Below, piece after piece: positions 1 to 9,031 of a stretch of DNA of 64,000 nucleotides. The notes under the pieces were generated by a model. It was not told the origin of the DNA. It ran no database searches and was given only the letters and a program-made list of their open reading frames with translations. A program made the translations under genes and the position numbers. The DNA comes from Desulfobacteraceae bacterium Eth-SRB1 (GTDB lineage: Bacteria; Desulfobacterota; Desulfobacteria; Desulfobacterales; ETH-SRB1), in the NCBI GenBank assembly GCA_004193555.1, contig RPGP01000040.1, positions 65,127 to 129,126 on the forward strand, read 5' to 3'. Within the stretch, counting starts at the first letter, position 1, and every line of letters starts with the position of its first letter.

Positions 1-261
1 TAATAGTTGACGCCCCAGATACCCGTGACAGATATAAGGATGTTTGCCCGTACAACCCAGCTTTGGAGTATTTGTAAGGAAAATGCCGATGTCATGGAGC
101 ATGGCGGCATTCCTGATAAAGTCAAGATCAGGATTTAGATTGGACACATTTTTGGCCGCGTCAAGAGCCTTTTTTGCAACATCTTCACCGTGCGTTACGA
201 GAATTTCATACCCCCTGGAACCGTGCTTATAATATTCACTGATAATATCAACAGGATTCAT
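1..261 (-). CDS. HD-domain phosphohydrolase, N-terminal 87 codons (3' end runs off the window)
   Basis: Absent from the ORF track because it is open at position 1. ATG at 261-259. Reads MNPVDIISEYYKHGSRGYEILVTHGEDVAKKAL...AAMLHDIGIF...HPYICHGYLGRQLL with no stop to the window edge. Confidence 0.5.
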   Translation of the reverse strand, partial: MNPVDIISEYYKHGSRGYEILVTHGEDVAKKALDAAKNVSNLNPDLDFIRNAAMLHDIGIFLTNTPKLGCTGKHPYICHGYLGRQLL

Positions 262-382
262 AACAATATAATAAAGATTATAAAAAAAGTTGCAAGCGAT
301 TATTTGAAGCAGACCTTTTCAAATTTAATTACCTGTCCGCTCCGTAGCAAATATGAGTTTGTGAATTTCTGATTATTAATCC

Positions 383-411
383 TTGACAGTTTTTATGGAA
401 GGACTTATATA
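383..411 (+). promoter_or_regulatory. Sigma70-like promoter upstream of arsR
   Basis: TTGACA (383-388), 17-nt spacer, TATATA (406-411). Confidence 0.4.
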
Positions 412-442
412 TTACCAATAAGGCATATATTAGGAGATGTCA

Positions 443-784
443 ATGAAATCTTTTATCAAGGTTATGAAGGCGCTTTCAGATCCGAATCGAGTCAAAATCG
501 TAAAGATGTTGCAACATAAAAGCATGTGCGTCTGTGAGATGAGAGCGGTTTTGGGAATATCCCAGCCCAACGTATCCAAGCATTTGAAAGTATTGGAAGA
601 GGCGGGTTTCGTCAATTATCGTAAAGACGGCTTATGGGTAAACTATTATCTTTCAGATGGAACAAACAGCCCATATGTGGCAAGTATCTTAGGGAATCTC
701 AAGCACTGGCTGGAAGATGATCCGGGAATTTCCTCTCTGGTTGGGAAAATCCCTTTTTTAAATCGTGAAGAGTTGTGCGGGTGA
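443..784 (+). CDS. ArsR/SmtB-family metalloregulator (winged HTH)
   Basis: ORF 437..784. The second ATG (443) has AGGAG 6 nt upstream. Motifs: ALSDPNRVKIVKML, CVCE cysteine pair, SQPNVSKHLKVLEEAGFV. Confidence 0.85.
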   Translation: MKSFIKVMKALSDPNRVKIVKMLQHKSMCVCEMRAVLGISQPNVSKHLKVLEEAGFVNYRKDGLWVNYYLSDGTNSPYVASILGNLKHWLEDDPGISSLVGKIPFLNREELCG

Positions 785-867
785 TATTTCTTTTGTTTCA
801 CTATATAACAACATACGCATACGGTTATTGATGAGAAAATAAATACAACTGTGAACGGGTATATACA

Positions 868-2040
868 ATGAAAGAACGCACAAAATTAATATGGATAATT
901 TTGATTTTTGGGGCAATTTACTACATTCCGTGGAACCATGGCATCATTCGCCAATCCGGCCTTGAAGCTTTTATGATGCTTCAGGAATATGCCAGGGAAC
1001 ATGTTCTTGCATGCTTGATACCGGCTTTTTTTATCGCAGGCGCTATTGCGGTATTCGTTTCTCAGGCTTCGGTTCTTAAATACTTTGGTTCCCAGGCAAA
1101 CAAAATTCTGTCTTATTCTGTTGCCTCTATTTCCGGAACAGTTCTGGCGGTTTGCTCGTGTACGGTTTTGCCGCTGTTTGCAGGTATCTATTCACGGGGC
1201 GCTGGAATCGGCCCTGCAACAGCCTTTCTTTATTCCGGCCCTGCCATAAATGTGCTGGCAATTACCCTGACGGCTAAAATACTTGGCTGGCAGATGGGTC
1301 TGGCACGGGCTATTGGAGCGGTAGTTTTTGCGATTATCACAGGCTTGCTCATGGCTTTGATTTTTCGTAAGGATGATGCAGCGCGAACCCAAGGGCAAAT
1401 CTATTTGCCGGATGCAGAAGGCCGGCAACGAACACTGCTGCAGGATACACTCTATATCCTTACTATGGTGCTGATCCTGATATTTGCGGCCTTTGCACGG
1501 CCTGCCGAAGGCTCAACAGGCCTGTGGCCTGCAATATTTGCAGCCAAATGGTATATCACCGTTGCCCTCTTGATTGCAGTGGTCTGGATGTTGAAAGCAT
1601 GGTTTACTCGAAATGAATGCAAAAGCTGGATTGAATCGACTTGGGGATTTATGAAACAAATTTTTCCACTTCTTGCGGGTGGAGTTCTTGTAGCCGGTTT
1701 TATGTTAGGCCGTCCCGGTCATTCCGCGCTTATCCCTGAACATTATATTCAGACACTCCTTGGCGGCAACTCCATTTGGGCAAATTTATTTGCTTCGGTT
1801 GCCGGAGCGCTGATGTATTTTGCTACTCTTACCGAAGTTCCGATCCTCCAGGGACTTCTCGGAGCAGGTATGGGCAAGGGGCCTGCTCTGGCTTTGCTGC
1901 TGGCTGGTCCTGCCTTATCATTGCCGAACATGCTGGTAATCGGAAGCGTGATGGGCGTAAAAAAGACGGCTGTTTTCTGCTCAATTATCATAATTTTATC
2001 GACCATTGCTGGAATGTTCTACGGCACGATTGCAGGATAA
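868..2040 (+). CDS. DUF318/ArsP-like polytopic permease
   Basis: 390-aa multi-TM protein with a CSCTVLP motif. Lies between ArsR and a CxxC thioredoxin-fold gene, a common trio. Confidence 0.75.
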   Translation: MKERTKLIWIILIFGAIYYIPWNHGIIRQSGLEAFMMLQEYAREHVLACLIPAFFIAGAIAVFVSQASVLKYFGSQANKILSYSVASISGTVLAVCSCTVLPLFAGIYSRGAGIGPATAFLYSGPAINVLAITLTAKILGWQMGLARAIGAVVFAIITGLLMALIFRKDDAARTQGQIYLPDAEGRQRTLLQDTLYILTMVLILIFAAFARPAEGSTGLWPAIFAAKWYITVALLIAVVWMLKAWFTRNECKSWIESTWGFMKQIFPLLAGGVLVAGFMLGRPGHSALIPEHYIQTLLGGNSIWANLFASVAGALMYFATLTEVPILQGLLGAGMGKGPALALLLAGPALSLPNMLVIGSVMGVKKTAVFCSIIIILSTIAGMFYGTIAG

Positions 2041-2057
2041 AGGAAGTCAAAAAATAA

Positions 2058-2235
2058 GGATTCAAGGGGTCAAGGATTCGAGTAAAATACTTAAGAATAA
2101 CAAAAAGATTCCCCAAATAAGAAAGATACGATCTGACATCGCAAACAAGGATGGTAGCAATCTCTGTTCATAGTGAAGAAGGATATGGAAGAAAAACAAC
2201 CACTTGAATCCTTGAACCCTCGAATCCTCGAATCC
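2058..2235. repeat. Palindromic element with word-repeat arms inside the permease-thioredoxin gap
   Basis: GGATTCAAGGGGTCAAGGATTCGAG (2058-2082) versus CTTGAATCCTTGAACCCTCGAATCCTCGAATCC (2203-2235). Confidence 0.8.
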
Positions 2236-2293
2236 TTTGCATCAACAAATCGGAAGAAGAACCACAAACAATCTCGTAAAGGAGAAATTAAAT

Positions 2294-2527
2294 ATGATAA
2301 TTAAGGTATTAGGTCCGGGTTGTCCTAAATGTCAGGAGACTGAACAAATCGTCAGGCAAGTAGTTGCCGACTCCGGCGTGGATGCTTCGGTTGAAAAGGT
2401 GACCGATATCATGGAGATTGCCGGATATGGGGTCTTCGGAACGCCGGCCGTAGTGGTTGACGATCAGGTCAAGAGCGTCGGTAAAATTCCCGGCAAAGAT
2501 GAAATCAAGATCTGGATCAAACACTAA
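2294..2527 (+). CDS. Thioredoxin-fold protein, redox-active disulfide protein 2 family
   Basis: ATG 2294 preceded by AAGGAG. MIIKVLGPGCPKCQ... with a CPKC redox motif, 77 aa. The ORF-track start (TTG 2237) lies inside a repeat and is unlikely. Confidence 0.8.
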   Translation: MIIKVLGPGCPKCQETEQIVRQVVADSGVDASVEKVTDIMEIAGYGVFGTPAVVVDDQVKSVGKIPGKDEIKIWIKH

Positions 2528-2536
2528 AATTATTTT

Positions 2537-3139
2537 ATGGACAGGAAGCAATCATACGAAAACATGTCGGACGAGCAACTGGTACAGGTTTCGCTGGAAA
2601 ACCAGGATTGTTTCTATTACTTGATGAAAAAATATGAACCCAGGATACTGCGTTATATTAAGCGGCTGACAAATATCAGCCAGGATGAATCAGCAGATAT
2701 ACTTCAGGAAATATTTATCAAGGTATATCGCAACCTCAACGGCTTCAATCAGAAGTTGAAATTTTCAAGCTGGATTTATCGTATTGCTCATAATGAAATT
2801 ATTAATCAATACCATAAGAGAAAATCATATTCAGCAATGATCAATTTGAATATTAAAGATGATGATGTTAATAATATGGCCGAGCTTGTTTGCGATACAT
2901 TCGATGTTCAGGATGACTATATATTTAGAGAGAATACCGAAAAGGTAAGGGAGGCGCTCAAAGACCTTCCGGATAAATACCGCGAGATACTTATACTTCG
3001 CTTTCTTGAAGATAAAAGCTATGATGAAATCAGTCATATATTGCGCAAGCCCGCCGGTACTGTCGCAACCCTGATCAACCGCGCAAAATCAAAATTCAGG
3101 GAAATAGCGAAACATCATCAACTTGAAAGCCTGATATAA
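2537..3139 (+). CDS. ECF-type sigma-70 family RNA polymerase sigma factor
   Basis: Region 2 (FIKVYRNLNGF..WIYRIAHNEIINQY) and region 4 HTH (YDEISHILRKPAGTVATLINRAKSKF). Confidence 0.85.
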   Translation: MDRKQSYENMSDEQLVQVSLENQDCFYYLMKKYEPRILRYIKRLTNISQDESADILQEIFIKVYRNLNGFNQKLKFSSWIYRIAHNEIINQYHKRKSYSAMINLNIKDDDVNNMAELVCDTFDVQDDYIFRENTEKVREALKDLPDKYREILILRFLEDKSYDEISHILRKPAGTVATLINRAKSKFREIAKHHQLESLI

Positions 3140-3143
3140 AACT

Positions 3144-3884
3144 ATGAAAGACATAAGCAAAAATATCTTACAAAAAATCAAGGAAGATAAGGTGCGTCCA
3201 TATTCAAAAGGCCGTTTTCTGCTTAAGCGTTCTGTAATATGGACGGTATTCGGCATATCAATCCTGCTCGGAAGCGTTGCCAGCGCTATTGCAATATTTC
3301 AGTTAAAATACGCTGAATGGGATTTGTATCAACACCTCAGCCATAGACCGTTAGAGTTTGCGCTCCTGGTAATTCCATTTTTCTGGCTGATTTTTTTGCT
3401 GGGATTTGCAGGATTTGCCTATTATTACTTTCGGCGCACAGAGCAGGGATACCGTTATCGCACATTATGGGTAATCTCGGGAAGTATTGCTCTTTCAATT
3501 ATCTGTGGCGGGATTTTGTATGCAACCGGGTTGTCGGAAAGGCTGGAAACAGTATTTCAACATAATGTGCCATTTTATAGAGAACTGCAGGAACGGAAAC
3601 AAAGGGTATGGATGTCACCCGGGCAGGGGCTGCTTGCCGGAAAGATTGTCAAAATAATTTCTAAGCAAAAAATACAGATTGAAGATTTACAGAAGAATGT
3701 CTGGGTTGTTGATATAGGCGATACTATCTGGAAAGGCCGGCTTAGACCTGCAAAAAATCTAAAAATAAAGATCCTTGGAAATATGAAAGGAGAAAGTCAA
3801 TTTGTCGCAGATGAAATTCGGCCATTGCAGGGGCGAAAAGGTCGAGGCAGAATGCGGCATTTAAGGCATAAAAATAAAAAGTGA
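3144..3884 (+). CDS. Membrane protein, putative sigma-factor partner (anti-sigma-like by position only)
   Basis: Starts 5 nt after the sigma gene. Short cytoplasmic N-terminus (ILQKIKEDKVRPYSKGRFLLKR), about 4 TM helices and a basic soluble C-terminal domain. No recognisable zinc anti-sigma motif. Confidence 0.55.
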   Translation: MKDISKNILQKIKEDKVRPYSKGRFLLKRSVIWTVFGISILLGSVASAIAIFQLKYAEWDLYQHLSHRPLEFALLVIPFFWLIFLLGFAGFAYYYFRRTEQGYRYRTLWVISGSIALSIICGGILYATGLSERLETVFQHNVPFYRELQERKQRVWMSPGQGLLAGKIVKIISKQKIQIEDLQKNVWVVDIGDTIWKGRLRPAKNLKIKILGNMKGESQFVADEIRPLQGRKGRGRMRHLRHKNKK

Positions 3885-3957
3885 AAGAAAAATTGTCTTC
3901 CGATTGTATTAGTAAGTGAAAGCTTGATAAACACTCTAATCCAATAAGGAGGAAAAA

Positions 3958-4323
3958 ATGAAAAGTATATTTAAATTAGCAGTTTTGAGTCTATGTTTAC
4001 TGACGGCGGTTTCATTTGCATACGCCGGCAGCGGCAAAGACGTTAAAGATGGTAGTGGTCCAAAAAACACAGTTGCCCAGAGAGGGCCTAATTATGTGGA
4101 TCAAAATGGCGATGGAATTTGTGATAATACTGGCGCCAGGGTTGATAGACTGGGCTACAGGCGCGGCAAAGGCTACGGCGCCGGTAAACAGGCCAGAGGT
4201 AAAGGCTTACGCAGAGGTCTCAGGGATGGAAAGGGTTCCATTAACAGGGCAAAGCCTAACTATGTAGATGCAGACGGCGACGGGGTTTGTGATAATTTTC
4301 AAACTAAAGCGCGCTCAAAGTAA
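3958..4323 (+). CDS. Small secreted protein with duplicated PNYVDxxGDGxCDN motif
   Basis: GGAGG RBS. Signal peptide MKSIFKLAVLSLCLLTAVSFAYA. Two copies of NYVD(Q/A)(N/D)GDG(I/V)CDN flank a Gly/Arg/Lys-rich linker. Confidence 0.65.
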   Translation: MKSIFKLAVLSLCLLTAVSFAYAGSGKDVKDGSGPKNTVAQRGPNYVDQNGDGICDNTGARVDRLGYRRGKGYGAGKQARGKGLRRGLRDGKGSINRAKPNYVDADGDGVCDNFQTKARSK

Positions 4324-4380
4324 AGATATATAAAAGAAGCAGCCCTGTTACGATTTGTGGCAGGGCTGGTTTACAAAAAA

Positions 4381-4679
4381 ATGAACGTCCAACATCGAAC
4401 GTCCAACGTCGAACGTCGAACGTCGAATAATGATGTCGCTTCGCTTTTCAAATTATTTTAAAATCGAATAAAAAAACAAACATCCAATACCGAACATATT
4501 AAAAGATGAACGTCCAACATCGAACCACGCCTTGGCGTGGATGAAATCGCTGGGTTTATGCTGAGTAACCGAAGTGCTCCGCCAGTTTACAAATTGGCAG
4601 AATACCTTATTCAAAATTCGATGTTGGACGTTCGATGTTCGATGTTCATCTCTTTTCTCGTTCGATGTTCATCTTTTTT
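4381..4679. repeat. TTCGATG/TTGGACG-word element, two inverted copies around a 190-bp core
   Basis: ATGAACGTCCAACATCGAACGTCCAACGTCGAACGTCGAACGTCGAA (4381-4427) versus TTCGATGTTGGACGTTCGATGTTCGATGTTCAT (4617-4649). Extra partial copies at 4505-4525 and 4659-4679. Confidence 0.9.
4545..4579. repeat. 35-nt conserved block, copy 1
   Basis: AATCGCTGGGTTTATGCTGAGTAACCGAAGTGCTC. 33 of 35 positions identical to 26744-26778. Confidence 0.85.
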
Positions 4680-4683
4680 CAGT

Positions 4684-5773
4684 CTATGAAAGAAGCACTC
4701 TCTCAATAAAAGGATCAATCCCTCCATCCAGAACATTGTTTACATTGCCAACCTCAAGGTTTATCCTGTGATCCTTGACCATTTGATAAGGATGCAGGAC
4801 ATACGATCTGATCTGGCTGCCAAAGCCGATTTCATTTTTGCTGTCATGTATTTCTTGTAATTTTTCATCCTGCCTCTGCTTTTCAACCTGGTAAAGCCGG
4901 GATTTAAGCACCTTCATCGCCATTTCTTTGTTTCTGTGCTGGGATTTTTCCTGCTGGCACTGCACAACTATCTTGCTGGGAAGGTGAGTAATGCGGATAG
5001 CGCTGCTTGTTTTGTTAACATGTTGTCCTCCGGCTCCGCTGGCCCTGAAAACATCAATGCGCAGATCTTTATCATCAATTTCGACAACTATTTCTTTGTC
5101 CAGCTCAGGATAGACAAAAACGGAAGCAAAGGAAGTATGCCGCTTGCCGCTTGCATTAAAAGGTGAGATTCTTATCAGGCGGTGCACGCCTTTTTCAGTC
5201 TTTAAGTACCCGTAAGCATATTCTCCGCTTGCCGTGAAAGTAACACTTTTAATTCCCGCTTCATCGCCGGGCTGGAAATCGATTATTTTGACCTGATAGC
5301 CTTTGCGGTCGCTCCATCTTGTGTACATTCTAAAGAGCATTTCTGCCCAGTCCTGGGCTTCTGTGCCGCCTGCACCGGCATTTATGGAAATAATCGCATT
5401 GTTTTGATCATCCACGCCGTCAAGCATAAGGTCAAGTGAAAATTCATGTATTCTTTTATCAATGGCCTGAATCTGACCGGCTGCCTCTTCGATTGTATCG
5501 GCGTCTGATTCTTCCAGGGCAAGGTCGAGAAGTATTTTACTTTCTTCTAAATCATTATAGATATCTTTCCAGATTTTAATTTTTCCGGAAATTAAACTAC
5601 GTTCTTTTAATATATCCCTCGTTTCTTCAGGTTTGTCCCAGAATCCTTTTTTTGCGATTAATTGTTCGATTTCCTTTAATCTTTTTTCTTTTCCGGCAAG
5701 GTCAAAGACAACCTTTCAATTGTTCTAATTTCAGGAAAAGTTCATTAATGGTCTGATTAAGTTCTATAGACAT
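4684..5773 (-). CDS. prfB: Peptide chain release factor 2 (programmed +1 frameshift)
   Basis: Frame 0: ATG 5773, MSIELNQTINELFLKLEQLKGCL, then CTT TGA C at 5707-5701. The +1 frame continues DLAGKEKRLKEIE...MLDGVDDQNN into ORF 4684..5427, which carries AGGTEAQDW and the SPF and GGQ (GAGGQHVNK) motifs. Confidence 0.95.
5701..5709 (-). other. prfB +1 frameshift site (CTT TGA C)
   Basis: Minus strand reads GTCTTTGAC, with AAAGG a few nt upstream as a weak SD-like stimulator. Joining the two frames reconstitutes a full-length RF2. Confidence 0.9.
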
Positions 5774-5787
5774 ATTATTACCTCCAT

Positions 5788-6007
5788 GTTCAGGGGTTCA
5801 GGGTTCAGTATAATTTTAAGTTTTGAATTTTGAATGAAGGAAAAATCGTTTTTATACCAAATTGAGGAGCAAAGCGACATCATCATTCAAAATTCGATGT
5901 TGGACGTTCGATGTTCGACGTTCATCTTTTCAATGGTTCAATGGTTCAATGGTTCAAGGGTTCAGGAATTGAGGGTATCCTATTGATTTTAATCCCTTAA
6001 TCCCTTA
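5788..6007. repeat. Mosaic of word repeats between prfB and lnt
   Basis: (GGTTCAG)3 at 5788-5808. TTTTGAATTTTGAATGAAGG (5821-5840) pairing with TCATTCAAAATTCG (5883-5896). TTCGATG/TTGGACG words at 5893-5925. (CAATGGTT)4 at 5931-5966. TTAATCCC x2 at 5989-6007. Confidence 0.9.
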
Positions 6008-7576
6008 TTTTATGTTATAATTATATTTTAACACAAAACAAACAATAGTTGCAACCATACAAATTATGGCAAACATATCTCCAAAACGGGTATATAGAGT
6101 TGTAATTTGAATTACAGGCACGCAGCGGGTCATTGTTGCTTCGACAAAAAGATCGGTTTTCCCAAGAATCCTGCCCGACGGGTCAATAAATCCGCTTATA
6201 CCGGTATTGGCGGATCTGATTAAAGAGCGTTTGTTTTCTACTGCCCTGAATATTGCCATGGAAAAATGCTGGTAGGGGGCAGCGGTTTTGCCAAACCAGG
6301 CATCATTTGTGATATTTATCAGTAATGCCGCATCGTTTTTTACCATGTCTCTGGAAAGACAGGGGAATATTATTTCATAACAGATCTGCAAGCCTAATTT
6401 GTAATCAGACCAGGTTATGGTTTTTCCCCTGGCGCCGGGTTTAAAATCGCCCACCCCTTCCACAAATTTGCCGATAAAGGGCAGCCAGTTATTAAAAGGA
6501 ACATATTCTCCGAAAGGAACAAGATGCACCTTGTCATATTTGCCGCGCACCTTTCCATCCCGCGTTATCAGATATGCGCTGTTGTAATATTCAACAGACT
6601 CTTTTTTATGGACAAAGGAAGGGCTGCCTATCAGAAAATCCGAGCCTGCATCTTTAATTCCCTTTTGAACTATATTTGACAGCATGATATTATTGAGAAA
6701 ATAAAAAGGTGTGGCGGTTTCAGGCCATATTATAAGGTCAGGATTATCTTTTTTTGATAGAAGAGAAAGCTCAATATATTTATTTACGGATTTAGTTTGA
6801 AATGCAGGGTCCCATTTTATTGACTGGTCTATATTACCTTGCACAATTGCGGCCTTTATAGATGGGGCGGCATATATCAGCTTGTCAACTGATTGAATAC
6901 TCCATTTTCCATAAAACCAGACAAGAATAAATGTCAGAGCAAAAACAGATATTGCGGCTGCTGCAAGCCTTTTTGTTACAGCCTTTTTTTGCCGGCGCGT
7001 ATCGATTATGCTAAGGAATATTAGGTAAATTGCCGAATTTGACAGAACAATTAAAAAGGAAACACCATAAACACCGAATATATCTGCAATCTGAATCAGG
7101 TGTAAATTTTTATATTGGGAATATCCGATTAGTTCCCAGGGAAATCCAAAGAAAAAAAGTGTGCGCGTATATTCAAATGATACCCATATGGCAGGCGTTA
7201 GAATAAGGGACATGCCGGGTTTTGAGCAGAGCTTTGACAGCGCGGCTGAAAAGCCTGCCATATAGACAGCAAGGAAGGAGGACAAAAGGATAAGTATGAT
7301 CACGCACAGTAAAAAAGGAAGGTGACCGTATGTTTTCATGGTATATGGGAGCCAGTATAATAGACTAATGTAATGGGAGAGCCCTGTTAAAAACCCCAGG
7401 AAAAAACTTTTTTGTATGGGAAGATTTCTTAAGGAGATAAGCAGTGGAACAAGGGCAAACCACGCAAACCAGGAGATGCCGACCTTTGGAAAGGATCCTG
7501 TGAGCAGCAGACCGCTTAGAACAGCTAAGATAATTTTCAGCCTGTCGTTCTTGTCATAATATTGTATAAGTGTCAT
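6005..7576 (-). CDS. lnt: Apolipoprotein N-acyltransferase
   Basis: 523 aa. N-terminal polytopic membrane domain plus C-terminal CN-hydrolase domain (IIWPETA, LQICYEIIFP, NITNDAWFG). Confidence 0.9.
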   Translation of the reverse strand: MTLIQYYDKNDRLKIILAVLSGLLLTGSFPKVGISWFAWFALVPLLISLRNLPIQKSFFLGFLTGLSHYISLLYWLPYTMKTYGHLPFLLCVIILILLSSFLAVYMAGFSAALSKLCSKPGMSLILTPAIWVSFEYTRTLFFFGFPWELIGYSQYKNLHLIQIADIFGVYGVSFLIVLSNSAIYLIFLSIIDTRRQKKAVTKRLAAAAISVFALTFILVWFYGKWSIQSVDKLIYAAPSIKAAIVQGNIDQSIKWDPAFQTKSVNKYIELSLLSKKDNPDLIIWPETATPFYFLNNIMLSNIVQKGIKDAGSDFLIGSPSFVHKKESVEYYNSAYLITRDGKVRGKYDKVHLVPFGEYVPFNNWLPFIGKFVEGVGDFKPGARGKTITWSDYKLGLQICYEIIFPCLSRDMVKNDAALLINITNDAWFGKTAAPYQHFSMAIFRAVENKRSLIRSANTGISGFIDPSGRILGKTDLFVEATMTRCVPVIQITTLYTRFGDMFAIICMVATIVCFVLKYNYNIK

Positions 7577-7649
7577 AAGGTGTTAAGTGTTAGGTGTTAG
7601 GTGTCAGGTATTTTATCTTAACACCTGATGAATTCGAGTTTTTTACGAA
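7577..7649. repeat. GGTGTTA-word array plus TAAAAAGT-type terminus, abutting the lnt start
   Basis: AAGGTGTTAAGTGTTAGGTGTTAGGTGTCAGGT ... CTTAACACCTGATGAATTCGAGTTTTTTACGAA. Confidence 0.85.
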
Positions 7650-7685
7650 TTTTTTAAAGATACAACATTCAGGAATAATTATCAA

Positions 7686-8939
7686 ATGATAGCAGAAATA
7701 ATAATTACCGGAGATGAAATCTGTTCCGGCGTTGTTGTTGACAGCAACTCGTCACATATTGCACAGAGGCTGGAAGCAGAAGGGATACAGGTTGTCAGGC
7801 ACAATTCTGTTTGTGATGATATTGATACTATTGTTTCCATGCTGAAAGAAACAGGGCGCCGCGCTGATATTGCAGTGGTAACAGGCGGGCTTGGTCCCAC
7901 GACTGATGATCTTACAGCAGAGGCGGCTGCTAAGGCGGCAGGTGTTGGACTGGTTGTCAGCGACATAGCCCAATCCAGCATTGAGGTTTTTTCCAAGACC
8001 CGAAACCGCTCCATGACCGACATTGACAGGAAACAGGCCATGCTGCCTGAGGGCGCTGAGTGTCTCTGCAACCCTGTTGGAACAGCGCCGGGTTTTCAGT
8101 TAAAAATCGGCAGGTGTAATTTTTTCTTTTTGCCGGGCGTTCCTTTTGAAATGCGCAGGATGTTTGCAGACTCTGTATTGCCCCGGGTTGAGAGCCTTTG
8201 TGGTAATGAAAGAGAATTTTCTTTTATCAGAAATATCTCAATATTCGGGCTGACAGAGGTGGATATAAACCATCGGCTTGCTGCTTTAACAGAAAAATTT
8301 CCTGGGATTAAACCGGGATTTCGAGCAATTTTTCCGGAGATTCATGTGAAGCTTTACGCGCGAGGGAAAGATAAAAATATATGCAATGAGCTTTTGATAA
8401 AGGCTTCTGAATGGGTTTTGAGCAAGATCGGGGATAATGTATTTTCTGTTGACGGCGAATCCATGGAAGCTGTGGTGGGAGGTCTTCTTCGACGTAAAAA
8501 GGCGAGTTTAGCGGTTGCGGAAAGCTGTACCGGCGGCCTTTTATCACATTGGATTACAAACGTAGCCGGAAGCTCGGACTATTTTTTATTTTCAGGCGTT
8601 ACATATTCAAACGATGCAAAAATAAAGGTGTTGGGTGTATTGCCAGAAACACTGAAACGATACGGAGCAGTGCATGAAGAGACCGCAAAAGAGATGGCGG
8701 AAGGCGCGCGGCGTGTTTCCGGAGCAGCTTATGGCCTTGCGACAACCGGTATCGCAGGGCCGGGTGGGGGAACAGATGAAAAACCTGTTGGAACAGTATG
8801 TATAGGGCTTGCCACACCTGATGCTGTAAAAGGGTATAAATTTAATCTTACATCCGGCAACAGGTCAATGAACAAGAAGATATTTGCCATGAAAGCGCTT
8901 GATCTGTTGAAGATGGAGCTTTGTAACTCAGGTAGATAG
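7686..8939 (+). CDS. cinA: CinA-family competence/damage-inducible protein (MoCF domain + nicotinamide-nucleotide amidase domain)
   Basis: N-terminal EIIITGDEI..VVTGGLGPTTDDLT and C-terminal AVAESCTGGLL..GIAGPGGG. Confidence 0.9.
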   Translation: MIAEIIITGDEICSGVVVDSNSSHIAQRLEAEGIQVVRHNSVCDDIDTIVSMLKETGRRADIAVVTGGLGPTTDDLTAEAAAKAAGVGLVVSDIAQSSIEVFSKTRNRSMTDIDRKQAMLPEGAECLCNPVGTAPGFQLKIGRCNFFFLPGVPFEMRRMFADSVLPRVESLCGNEREFSFIRNISIFGLTEVDINHRLAALTEKFPGIKPGFRAIFPEIHVKLYARGKDKNICNELLIKASEWVLSKIGDNVFSVDGESMEAVVGGLLRRKKASLAVAESCTGGLLSHWITNVAGSSDYFLFSGVTYSNDAKIKVLGVLPETLKRYGAVHEETAKEMAEGARRVSGAAYGLATTGIAGPGGGTDEKPVGTVCIGLATPDAVKGYKFNLTSGNRSMNKKIFAMKALDLLKMELCNSGR

Positions 8940-9031
8940 GCTAAAGGCTGAAGACTGTTAGCAAAAGCGGAAATACGGCGCATTTTGCCTGTGATCTCCG
9001 TGGTAAATTTTTTGTATAATGAAGGTTGATA

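Noticed and set aside
7682-8071. Numerous 60-170 aa ORFs antisense to, or out of frame within, long genes. Examples: 7682..8071, 9437..9889, 18375..18785, 38521..38895, 53920..54381, 58526..59023, 60801..61313.
   Set aside because: Each is fully embedded in a confidently identified gene, lacks an RBS and has a skewed composition typical of shadow ORFs.
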